Shown here piece after piece: positions 25,905 through 34,326 of a stretch of DNA of 51,816 nucleotides. The first letter of the stretch is position 1, and the number at the start of each line of letters is the position of its first letter. The notes under the pieces are model-generated. The model was given only the letters and a program-made list of their open reading frames with translations. It was not told the origin of the DNA and made no database searches. The position numbers and the translations under genes are program-made. The stretch spans positions 1-51,816 of the forward strand of contig CAIKAN010000051.1 in assembly GCA_903825415.1 (NCBI GenBank), given 5' to 3'. This stretch comes from an uncultured bacterium. GTDB taxonomy: Bacteria; Patescibacteriota; Minisyncoccia; Phycocordibacterales; PALSA-1337.

Positions 25905-26147
25905 CTATGACTTTGCTTTTTCTTCCTCCATATCAAGTAATATTTTCTCGACAACCTTACCCATAGTACTTTTCCTACGTGCTTGGGTGAAATCGTATTC
26001 CTCCTGGGTCATTGGTTTGTAGACTGCCTTCATGAGAGTCAAAAGCTGCGTACCTTTTGCGAGAGCTTCAGCGCGAGAAATATCCTTATTGAAATGCTTT
26101 TTATACAGCGCCTGAAAACTTTTGAGATCCTTATCAGTTAATTGCAT
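25905..26147 (-). CDS. hypothetical protein (80 aa)
   Basis: ORF tightly packed within the operon. Confidence 0.45.
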   Translation of the reverse strand: MQLTDKDLKSFQALYKKHFNKDISRAEALAKGTQLLTLMKAVYKPMTQEEYDFTQARRKSTMGKVVEKILLDMEEEKAKS

Positions 26148-26153
26148 ATATTT

Positions 26154-26462
26154 TTATGGGCGTTGCCACCACGCAACGATTTTACCGACGATTAATAACA
26201 ACACGCCATATCCTGCGAGAGTGACTCCGTACAACATGCCTGGTATATGTAAATCAATACCGCCTTGAACTGGGGCATTGTTACCGGCCCAGGCAAGTCC
26301 GCCCAAAATCATCAGAACAGAAACAAGGATTAGTAGCTTTCCGGTTTTCTTAACTTTGTGACCGCCTTCAACGCGCACTTTCGTGGAGCCGCCAAGACCA
26401 AGCCAGGCCCCTAAAATTAGGACCACAAGACCTCCAACCACGGTAATAAATAATTCGCTCAT
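26154..26462 (-). CDS. small membrane protein (3 TM, Gly-rich)
   Basis: 102-aa hydrophobic ORF. Confidence 0.5.
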   Translation of the reverse strand: MSELFITVVGGLVVLILGAWLGLGGSTKVRVEGGHKVKKTGKLLILVSVLMILGGLAWAGNNAPVQGGIDLHIPGMLYGVTLAGYGVLLLIVGKIVAWWQRP

Positions 26463-26504
26463 GTGGCAACATTATTCCTAGAAGTCAAAAAAGTAAAGAG
26501 TCAA

Positions 26505-28040
26505 TCAGGACGGGAGTTTTCTTGATGTTTCCTTTTCAACACGCAAGATACAGCCTCGAAATTTAGATGTGTCGGGGAATATTTGGAAACCGCAGTTACT
26601 AAATAGCTTCTCAAGACCACTCTGGGTATATTCATCAAAAGAATCTTCTGCGGAAATCCAACCAGAAATCCTGTTAACATTATTCGCCTCAGCAAGGAGT
26701 GTAAGAACTTTAAGCATTTCCTTAGCCCATCCACAATTTCTATTTTTGGTATCAACAAAAAGATCTTCAATTTCAATTTGTTTTTCTTTTACACTGAAAT
26801 GTAGCCAACCCCCTTTCTTCTTGTCTTTATCACGCTTGTCAAAGAAATTGATGATGAAAAAATTACCACGATTTGGATTTATCGCTGGAACGTTTAATAT
26901 TTCATAAATTACATCAACTGATCTTTTATCTTTCCACGAGCCAGTCCTTATTACTTTCCGTTCCTTCCTGGTTTTGAAAAAAGTCTTCCAGACTCTTAGG
27001 TTGAATATACGGTCCCAAGAAAGTGTGCGCACAAACATATTCTGTGCCCAAGACTCAATTAAATATTTGTTGATATAATCCCAAGTGAAAAAACCTACGC
27101 CATTATCTCCCCAATCTCGTCCCCAGGAATTAGCAAAATAAATACCATCTTTGTCATAACCAATTGCAACAACGCAGTGTTGTCCCATGGATCTTTCTCC
27201 TTCTACTGGCATCGGTACGTGTCCTTTTGGAGCAGATATAATACTTTCAAAAATATCAATTGAAATAGATGCTGCATGAAAATGATATATAGCGTATCTT
27301 ATTTCTTCTGCATTATAGAGCCGCTGATAGTATTCGATTCTGTGTTTCAACGCATTTTTGGTGGCGGCCTCGGGTATCTTTGTATTCATTAGCTCCCATT
27401 CAGTCTCGTATTCTTTGTGGGGAAAATATTTCTCCTCACAAATACCATACAGCTTAGTGGTTCTAACCGTAGTGATAACGCTCATGCCGCGATTTGTTTT
27501 CATTTCTTGCGGATTTTGAGTGTCCCACTTTCCATTAATAAATTTAACTAACACCGCATGTTTGCCTCGATATTTGAGTACCTCTCTTCGTATTACACCT
27601 AAAGCTCCGGGCATTGAGTTGAGAGCTGATCCAAGACTATCCTTCGAATTCAGCGTCGAAATAAGAAAACATGTTCTAAGTGGAAAATCATCCATTCTTT
27701 GAATCTCAGATACTAAAAGTATCTCGGCATTTCTCCCTTTGTTCTTTAGATTTTTTATCCAGGATGTGATTTTGTTGTAGTGATCAGCACCAGCTTGGCC
27801 GACTATTCCAGCAAAGTAGCTGGTTACAATAAAAACAGCGGCATATTTTGTGTAATCAAGAAATTCGATAATCTGCGCTGGAGCTGCAGATCGCACCTTA
27901 GATTCTAAAAGCCCTCTCTTTGTCTCAAAGGCTAAAACACCGTCTTTTCTCAGCTCTTTCTTAAAAACATTTAGTTCATCAGAAAATGCTGGATCAATGT
28001 GTGGAATTTCTATGAAAACTTGCGTTGACTTGCGGTTCAT
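26505..28040 (-). CDS. multidomain protein: unknown N-terminal domain, papain-like (C1) peptidase fold, GNAT-like C-terminal domain
   Basis: QHCVVAIGYD...ANSWGRDWGDNGVGFF is the His/Asn-Trp half of the papain fold. The C-terminus (IEDLFVD...NCGWAKEMLKVLTLLAE...GWIS...LFSNCGFQ) is GNAT-like. Start set to ATG 28040 (MNRKSTQ) rather than 28202. Confidence 0.6.
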   Translation of the reverse strand: MNRKSTQVFIEIPHIDPAFSDELNVFKKELRKDGVLAFETKRGLLESKVRSAAPAQIIEFLDYTKYAAVFIVTSYFAGIVGQAGADHYNKITSWIKNLKNKGRNAEILLVSEIQRMDDFPLRTCFLISTLNSKDSLGSALNSMPGALGVIRREVLKYRGKHAVLVKFINGKWDTQNPQEMKTNRGMSVITTVRTTKLYGICEEKYFPHKEYETEWELMNTKIPEAATKNALKHRIEYYQRLYNAEEIRYAIYHFHAASISIDIFESIISAPKGHVPMPVEGERSMGQHCVVAIGYDKDGIYFANSWGRDWGDNGVGFFTWDYINKYLIESWAQNMFVRTLSWDRIFNLRVWKTFFKTRKERKVIRTGSWKDKRSVDVIYEILNVPAINPNRGNFFIINFFDKRDKDKKKGGWLHFSVKEKQIEIEDLFVDTKNRNCGWAKEMLKVLTLLAEANNVNRISGWISAEDSFDEYTQSGLEKLFSNCGFQIFPDTSKFRGCILRVEKETSRKLPS

Positions 28041-28105
28041 AATATTGAGTATTATATTCTTTTTACGATTTGATATAAAGCTAGACTTCTCCTGGACCTT
28101 CCGGT

Positions 28106-28330
28106 ATGTTCGTGTGTGTGAAAAAAGTATTTGTAAAAGCAACACCGAAAGACATAAACGGCACAGGTTTTGTCGGATATCTCCAAGTCTCATACGAGGC
28201 ACTCTTTAACTCTTTCAGCTTTCCCAACGATCGTACCCGAGAAGATGAATGGAGATCAGGCGACCAGAAGACTCGGGTAGAATGGGCATTCAAGACAAAG
28301 GGCAAGAAGCCGACCGTCATAACAATTTAG
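28106..28330 (+). CDS. small hypothetical protein, first gene of the rightward island operon
   Basis: 74-aa ORF divergent from the cargo operon. Non-repetitive, protein-like sequence. Confidence 0.4.
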   Translation: MFVCVKKVFVKATPKDINGTGFVGYLQVSYEALFNSFSFPNDRTREDEWRSGDQKTRVEWAFKTKGKKPTVITI

Positions 28331-28400
28331 GAAGCGATCAAACTCCTGACAGTCTTCGACTACATCTATCGGCCTATCAAGAAGGTGTGGCTCAAAGACT

Positions 28401-29408
28401 ATGAACGACGATATAAAGATTTTCCAGGAGTGGTCACAGCCGGAGAAGAAGAAAGTGCAGATAGCGCACGCATACCACAAAGCGAAGATCGAGGAACTGA
28501 AGAATCAGATTGACCGAGCGGTCCTTCGCGGCAAGAGAAAGCCTACTCGCTTTTTCATGGAGAATGAATTTGTGGAGCATGGCTATATGGGAAAGTTACC
28601 GAAACTCTGCACGCTCGTCTATTGCGCAATTCTAAAGCATGGCAATACCGAGACACAGGTCGCCTGGCCAAGTTTGACTACCATTCAAGATCTGACCGGC
28701 GAGAAAAACAGAAACTATGTTGCCAATGCGGTCCGGCTTCTTGTTGAGTGCAGTATTCTTGGTGTGGTCCAAGCAAAAACTGGCTTTAAGACCTTGAACC
28801 TCTACTACTTCAAGTCGGTCGATTTTTGGAAAAGCATCGCTCATGTTAGCAAGCGTCTGAAGCTCAAGGATTCAGTTGCGCAGTATCCAGATGTGCGTCT
28901 CCGTAGTATCCGAAAGCGCAGAAACCGTAGTATTAACGTAGATACTCTAACTAACCAAAATAATAAATCTCCTAATTCTTTAACTAGCATCGGAGATTTC
29001 TTAAAAGGAAGAATGCAGAAATGGCAGATACCGCCTGCAGTTGCTATTCCAGAGGCTTCTGGGCATAGTGTCGTTCGGACAGAAGAAGAAAGACAATACC
29101 CTTGGAGACAGAAACAAGAGGGTCCCTATGAAGGAGTAGATTCTCCTGATAGATCAGGAGAATTACAGGATAATCGCAGTATCGTAGAAGATACTACGGT
29201 CATTCCCGTAAATACGGGTAATTTACGGGAACCAAACTCTGTTGAGACCCCCGAAGAACCACCACTCGGTAGTATCTCACTCGATACTGCGGAACCACCA
29301 TTTAAAAACGGTGGAAAAGCGGTCGAGAGCGCATTTGAGACCCACACAGAATTAAGCCTGGACGACATAACCCAAGAAGACCTTGGACCAGGAAAAGCAA
29401 CATTATGA
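28401..29408 (+). CDS. winged-helix (HTH) protein, replication-initiator or DnaD-like in mobile elements
   Basis: LCTLVYCAILKHGN...AWPSLTTIQDLTGEKNRNYVANAVRLLVECSIL. 4-nt ATGA overlap with the recombinase gene. Confidence 0.5.
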   Translation: MNDDIKIFQEWSQPEKKKVQIAHAYHKAKIEELKNQIDRAVLRGKRKPTRFFMENEFVEHGYMGKLPKLCTLVYCAILKHGNTETQVAWPSLTTIQDLTGEKNRNYVANAVRLLVECSILGVVQAKTGFKTLNLYYFKSVDFWKSIAHVSKRLKLKDSVAQYPDVRLRSIRKRRNRSINVDTLTNQNNKSPNSLTSIGDFLKGRMQKWQIPPAVAIPEASGHSVVRTEEERQYPWRQKQEGPYEGVDSPDRSGELQDNRSIVEDTTVIPVNTGNLREPNSVETPEEPPLGSISLDTAEPPFKNGGKAVESAFETHTELSLDDITQEDLGPGKATL

Positions 29409-31057
29409 ACCCAAAGATAAACGCACCAATTAAATACTTTCTCTATGCCCGAAAATCGAGCGAGGCTGAAGATCGCCAGGCAGCATCAATCGATGCCCAA
29501 AAAGACGAGCTTTTGAAGATTGCCAAGGATCAAGGCTTAAACGTCATCGGTATCCTTGAGGAATCACAATCGGCAAAGAAACCAGGGAGAAAGATTTTCA
29601 ACTCCATGCTCGAGAGAATCTATAAGGGTGAAGCTAACGGCATCCTGTGTTGGAAATTGGACCGACTCGCGCGCAATCCTGTAGATGGCGGACAGATAAG
29701 CTGGATGTTGCAGCAGAGTGCGATATCTCAAATTGTCACTTTCGGCAGAACATACTATCCAACAGACAACGTCCTCATGATGCAAGTGGAACTTGGCATG
29801 GCCAATCAATTTATTCGTGACCTCTCTGTGAACGTAAAGCGAGGTCTGCAAAAGAAAGTGAGAGATGGCTGGATGCCGAGCGGCGCACCTGTCGGCTATC
29901 TCAACACGCCAAATAAGCAGAAGGGATACAAGACCCTGGAGAAGGATCCTGAGAGATTTCCATTAGTTCGAAGGCTCTTTGACCTTGTACTTACCGGCAA
30001 CTATTCGATTGCGCAAATCTGGAACATCTCCCGAAAGAAATTGAACCTGACAACAGTGCCGCGTAAAAACATTGGCGGTAAGCATCTCTCACGATCAGGA
30101 ATCTATGCACTCCTAAGCAACCCGTTTTATTACGGCTGGTTTGAGTTTCCACTGCATAGCGGTGAATGGCACAAAGGCAGTCATGAGCAGATGATAACCA
30201 AAGAGGAGTTTGATCGGTGCCAGAAGATTATGGGCCGTACCAGTCAGCCTCGGCCGAGAGAAGAAAGACTCTTTGCTTTTACCGGCATGATGAAGTGTGC
30301 AACGTGCGGTTGTAGTATTACCGCCCAAGCGAAAGTAAAACGCCAGAAGAATGGCAATGTTCACCATTACACCTATTATAATTGCACCAAAAAGAGATAC
30401 GATGCCGAATGTGATGAGAAGCATGTCGAGGTAAAACTTCTACATTTCCAAATCGGAGCGGTACTCCAGGATATACGAATTTCAGAGGAGTATCGTGATT
30501 GGGCCATTCGTCATGTTCATGAGGTCCGCAAGAATGAGGCTGAAAGTAATTCAATGGCACTCAAGACAAAACATAAGGAGTGCGAAGAAGTAACACAGCA
30601 GCTGCAGTCATTGACCTTGAATTTTACTGGACCAACTAATAAGGATCGAACCATCATCAGCGATGAGGAGTATCAAGCTCTCAAGTCGGATTTACTCAAA
30701 AGAAAGGGTGTCCTAGAGGACGATTTAAAGTTTAAGAATAAGGCTGTAGAACAATGGGCTGAACTTTCAGAGCAAACCTTTGACTTTGCCTGCTATGCCC
30801 ACCTTTGGTACGAAAATGGGGACGAAAAGATCAAAAGAGCGATACTCGCATGCCTTGGCTCGAACCTCACCATAAAGGGCAAAAAACTCCAGATTTCCTA
30901 CACTTCTTTCTTTTTGAGCCTCATAAAAGCACGAGATGCTATTGAGCAGGAAATTGAGCACGCTCGAACCTATAAATATCCAAGCCTGACAAAACAAAAC
31001 AGGCATGATGTGCCTGTTTTGTCACTAGGGCTCCGGAGACAGGATTCGAACCTGTGA
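29405..31057 (+). CDS. large serine recombinase
   Basis: Catalytic YARKSSEAEDRQ and LDRLARN (resolvase domain), a recombinase domain, a zinc ribbon (CATCGC...YYNCTKK) and a coiled coil. The last 27 nt overlap the tRNA-Asn 3' end. Confidence 0.9.
   Translation: MNPKINAPIKYFLYARKSSEAEDRQAASIDAQKDELLKIAKDQGLNVIGILEESQSAKKPGRKIFNSMLERIYKGEANGILCWKLDRLARNPVDGGQISWMLQQSAISQIVTFGRTYYPTDNVLMMQVELGMANQFIRDLSVNVKRGLQKKVRDGWMPSGAPVGYLNTPNKQKGYKTLEKDPERFPLVRRLFDLVLTGNYSIAQIWNISRKKLNLTTVPRKNIGGKHLSRSGIYALLSNPFYYGWFEFPLHSGEWHKGSHEQMITKEEFDRCQKIMGRTSQPRPREERLFAFTGMMKCATCGCSITAQAKVKRQKNGNVHHYTYYNCTKKRYDAECDEKHVEVKLLHFQIGAVLQDIRISEEYRDWAIRHVHEVRKNEAESNSMALKTKHKECEEVTQQLQSLTLNFTGPTNKDRTIISDEEYQALKSDLLKRKGVLEDDLKFKNKAVEQWAELSEQTFDFACYAHLWYENGDEKIKRAILACLGSNLTIKGKKLQISYTSFFLSLIKARDAIEQEIEHARTYKYPSLTKQNRHDVPVLSLGLRRQDSNL
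30990..31022 (-). terminator. terminator hairpin downstream of tRNA-Asn, lying inside the recombinase ORF tail
   Basis: CAAAACAGGCA-tgatg-TGCCTGTTTTG. On the minus strand it is followed by TTTTGT. Confidence 0.65.
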
Positions 31058-31068
31058 CCAATCGCTTA

Positions 31069-31637
31069 CATTGCTCCTATTGTTACTAATAGGGATGGAC
31101 TATATCATTCCCGTGTTCTTGATTGTTCAAGAGTTTAGGGACGAGGGGCTTCGTTCCTCGACTATGCTCGGAACTACTCCTGAAAAGGATAGTCTCTACA
31201 CCTTCCTAGTCCGTTTGAAATGACTAGGCTCGGCTCGGGATTGCCCCAAAGCTATTAACTTCTGGGTTTCCCCGAATTCACCTCGTTTTCGACCAAGATT
31301 TCTCTTGGAAGCTGCAAGATGCCTGCTTCAACTTCACAATGACAGTTGGCGCATAAAAGGATGCATTTATCTAATTCTGCTCTTACTTTTGTCCAAGAAC
31401 GCGTATAGCCTTTGTCACCGATACCAAAGCTCTTTTCGTCTTTGTTGATATGGTGAAGTTCTAATGCATTCTGACATCTGTTGTAATTGCAAATCTGACA
31501 TTTGCCACCTTTATATTCTATCGACAAAGCTTTTACCTTGCGTCGCCTTTTGGCAACAGCCTTGATAAGTGCTTCACGTCGATCGGCATATTTTCGATTG
31601 TCTGACATAATTACATTATATCAAACAGTCTAAGTTT
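31069..31637 (-). mobile_element. group I intron (IC3-like core) with an embedded homing-endonuclease ORF
   Basis: The exon ends in U and the intron ends in ...GGAGCAAUG. GGGGCAAUCCCGAGCCGAGCC lies at 31247-31227 and GAAGGUGUAGAGACUA at 31205-31190, with a GACUAU/AUAGUC P7-like pairing. Confidence 0.75.
31255..31608 (-). CDS. HNH homing endonuclease (intron-encoded)
   Basis: CQICNYNRC...LELHHINKD...LLCANCHCEVE (CxxC...HH...CxxCH). Confidence 0.8.
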   Translation of the reverse strand: MSDNRKYADRREALIKAVAKRRRKVKALSIEYKGGKCQICNYNRCQNALELHHINKDEKSFGIGDKGYTRSWTKVRAELDKCILLCANCHCEVEAGILQLPREILVENEVNSGKPRS

Positions 31638-31755
31638 ACAGGCGACTGCTCTACCGCTGAGCTACTCCGGAATATGTTTCTTTTAAAGAACGGGCATCTG
31701 GAAATGTACCATATCTAGCTGTGCAAATCAAAATGCGATACATTATAGGGATAGC

Positions 31756-31983
31756 ATGAAAGAAGCCATCAAACTCATCAAGATCCGCGCTCATGTCGAT
31801 TCGACCAAGGAAACGATCGAGGTCGTTTCGCCTGACAAGCTAGATATCCACCTGAAAGAACCCGCTGCGGACAATCGCGCCAATAAGCGGATCATGGAGA
31901 TAATGCGCTCGATGCATAAGGGCCGAGCGGTGAGGATGATAAAAGGGCATCATTCGGCGAGCAAGATCATTTCTGTGGCATAG
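31756..31983 (+). CDS. DUF167 (YggU-like) protein
   Basis: KIRAHVDSTKETIEVV...LDIHLKEPAADNRANKRIMEIM...VRMIKGHHSASKII matches the DUF167 pattern (..P..G.AN...i..l......v.i..G..s..K). Confidence 0.6.
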   Translation: MKEAIKLIKIRAHVDSTKETIEVVSPDKLDIHLKEPAADNRANKRIMEIMRSMHKGRAVRMIKGHHSASKIISVA

Positions 31984-32030
31984 TGAGGCGGAGATATATT
32001 CAAGGGAACTGGATATGATAAAATATACGC

Positions 32031-32645
32031 ATGAATAGGGAAAGGCTGATCATCTTCCGCACCACGATAGCGATCGTTCTCGTAATCCTATTATCGATAG
32101 CGGCGTTTCTGTATTTGAAAGATAATATCTCATCAGGTGAGAGATCAAGCAGCTCAAATAATCCTAAACTTGATATGAATAACGATACATATCCCGCAAG
32201 TTCGCTCAAGCTCACAAGTCCCGCTTTCGAAGATGGCTTTATGTTGCCCGTCGAATACACCTGTAATGGTAGCGATATTCAGCCGGGTTTTTTCATATCT
32301 GGGGTACCCAAAGGCTCCGCTTCTCTAGCTTTTACGCTCGAGGATCCTGATACTTCGATCGGTACATTCGATCATTGGGTGAAGTTCGATATGGATCCAG
32401 CTCCCAAAGAGATCAAAAAGGGCATAGAGCCTGACGGGGTCCGCGGCAGAGCTACCAATGGCGAGCTCGGATATGTGAGCCCTTGTCCGCCTTCCGGGAT
32501 CCATCGCTATATCTTTACCCTATATGCTCTCGACAAGAAGCTCGGTCTGGCAGAGGGTTCGACCAAGCAGGAAGTCTTGAGCGCGCTGAAGGGACATGTA
32601 GTCGGAGTGGCGAAGCTGACGGGGAGGTATGGTAGGGATAAGTGA
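32031..32645 (+). CDS. YbhB/YbcL-family PEBP (Raf kinase inhibitor-like) protein with an N-terminal anchor
   Basis: LTSPAFEDGFMLPVEYTC...DPD...FDHWV...GYVSPCPPSGIHRYIFTLYALD. Confidence 0.85.
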   Translation: MNRERLIIFRTTIAIVLVILLSIAAFLYLKDNISSGERSSSSNNPKLDMNNDTYPASSLKLTSPAFEDGFMLPVEYTCNGSDIQPGFFISGVPKGSASLAFTLEDPDTSIGTFDHWVKFDMDPAPKEIKKGIEPDGVRGRATNGELGYVSPCPPSGIHRYIFTLYALDKKLGLAEGSTKQEVLSALKGHVVGVAKLTGRYGRDK

Positions 32646-32725
32646 ATGTGATACAGTGCGCGTCCAATGAGAGCGGTGATCGAATGTGAGAGGTCTCGGC
32701 CTGATTAAAAATTAAGAGAAAAAAG

Positions 32726-33094
32726 ATGAATACAAACATCAAGACCACGAACATCACATTATCAGCCTCTATCTCCGAATATACGGAAAAGAGATTGAAT
32801 AAGATCGCCAAATTCCTCGATGATGATCCAGCTACGCAGTGCGATATCGAGCTAGCCAAGACGACCGAGCATCACAAGAAAGGAGACATATTCAAGGCGG
32901 AGATCCACATAGTCGGTTCGGGCAAGAATCTCTACGCTACCGCTGAGAGGGAAGATCTATATGCCGCCATCGATGCTGTGCGAGATGAGATATTACAGGA
33001 ATTGAATGCCAGGAGAGAGAAGAGGATATCGTTCGTCAGGCGCGGCGGAGCTAGGGTGAAAGCGATGGTGAAGGGTATGTGGCCTTGGAAGTAG
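32726..33094 (+). CDS. hpf: ribosome hibernation promoting factor / RaiA family (short form)
   Basis: NI.I...NI.LS..I.EY...RL.K..KFL.......I.L......HKKGDIFKAEI.I...GK.LYA.AE.EDLYAAID.V.D. Confidence 0.85.
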   Translation: MNTNIKTTNITLSASISEYTEKRLNKIAKFLDDDPATQCDIELAKTTEHHKKGDIFKAEIHIVGSGKNLYATAEREDLYAAIDAVRDEILQELNARREKRISFVRRGGARVKAMVKGMWPWK

Positions 33095-33440
33095 GTGGAT
33101 AACTCAAGTTGAATACAAAGGTTCGGAGCACTATAATCAATAGTACGTGTATATTTCGTTAGTTGGATGAAATTATAAATATCAGTTCAGCTCCTAATCA
33201 TAGTGAATAAAAACCCCTCGTTCTTTAGTCTGGCCGAATTGAAACAGCCGGTCAATCAGTGGATCTGTATAGCATTTTTAGGCGTCTGGTGCTTTTGGAT
33301 GGCGCTATATTATGTCGCGCAAAAAGCGCAAATAATAGGAGAGAATTTTGTCAGCCAGACATTGCCGACTCAAACTCATAAACATAGCATCAAAAAGTGA
33401 TCGTCTGATCATTTCAGTTGATGTTTGAAGTTCGTATTCA

Positions 33441-34325
33441 TCATCCCGGATGATTTTTTCCGTAGCCTTTCAAGAAATCACTAAAATTCATTTCCTTGCT
33501 TCCTTCGGGTACCACTCTTTCTGGGGTGAATCTCCCATCCTTGAATGAAGAATCGATGACTTTCACGCGGATCTTTTTTCCTGCATGCTTTACGAAGAAG
33601 AACGCTTGCGGCCATTCATGATAGGCCTGGACTTTCCTGAAGTTGAGATAAGGGTCACTGTTGAGGTCGATGAGTCCGTCTTCTTTTTCTACTTTTCTAG
33701 TGAAAGTCGCCTTTGAATGATCTTGTTCCTCCTCATTGATCTCATCAGATATCCAAGCGGGGATGGTCTTTGCCAATAGCTGGCCACCTATTCTAGCCAT
33801 CATGTCTTCGAAATCTTCATAGACAGGCCATTCTCCTATGCTGGCATTCTCTTGGGCGACTATAGGACCATGATCCATCAGTTCATCCATTCTCATAATG
33901 GTCACGCCAGTGTCTTTGGTATCATCGAGTATGGCACTTTGGAGAGGGGAAGCGCCACGGTATTTTGGCAGAAGAGATGGATGGACATTCAAGGACTTGA
34001 ATTTGGGTATGGCCAAAACAGCCGCTGGTATTATTTTCCCGTAAGAAGCGACTATGAAAAGGTCGCAGCTATATTCATTTGAAGAATAATGACAGGTTGA
34101 ATCTAGTTTTTTTACGAACTCGTCGTCCAACTTAGCTGGATCGAGAAATGGAATGCCTTCTTTGATAGCCCATTCTTTGACAGGTGTAGGAGTCAAGACT
34201 AGTTTCCTGCCTTTTGGCTTGTCTGGGGTTGTTATTATTAAAGATGGGATAAGACCAGCCTTCTTCAATTCCTGAAGGACTATGACGGAGAAGCGCGAAG
34301 ATCCAAAGAATGCGAAGCGTGGCAT
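33441..34325 (-). CDS. fmt: methionyl-tRNA formyltransferase
   Basis: FFGSS.FS...L..L, HPSLLPKYRGASPLQSAIL, and a C-terminal OB-like domain. Start set to ATG 34325 (MPRFAFFG), 1 nt after the def stop codon (34327-34329). Confidence 0.9.
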   Translation of the reverse strand: MPRFAFFGSSRFSVIVLQELKKAGLIPSLIITTPDKPKGRKLVLTPTPVKEWAIKEGIPFLDPAKLDDEFVKKLDSTCHYSSNEYSCDLFIVASYGKIIPAAVLAIPKFKSLNVHPSLLPKYRGASPLQSAILDDTKDTGVTIMRMDELMDHGPIVAQENASIGEWPVYEDFEDMMARIGGQLLAKTIPAWISDEINEEEQDHSKATFTRKVEKEDGLIDLNSDPYLNFRKVQAYHEWPQAFFFVKHAGKKIRVKVIDSSFKDGRFTPERVVPEGSKEMNFSDFLKGYGKNHPG

Positions 34326-34326
34326 A

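Larger units (their letters stand above)
23830..31030. mobile_element. putative integrated element (serine-recombinase island) abutting tRNA-Asn
   Basis: The recombinase and an HTH/replication-like gene sit at the right end. GC is low (about 33% in a hand-counted line). The right junction lies within or next to the tRNA terminator. The left boundary is not defined. Confidence 0.45.
31031..31671 (-). tRNA. tRNA-Asn (anticodon GUU) interrupted by a group I intron
   Basis: 5' exon 31671-31638: TCCGGAG TA GCTC AGCGGTA GAGC A GTCGC CTGT. 3' exon 31068-31031: TAA GCGAT TGGTC ACAGG TTCGAAT CCTGT CTCCGGA G. Joined they form a 72-nt cloverleaf with loop CUGUUAA. Confidence 0.8.
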
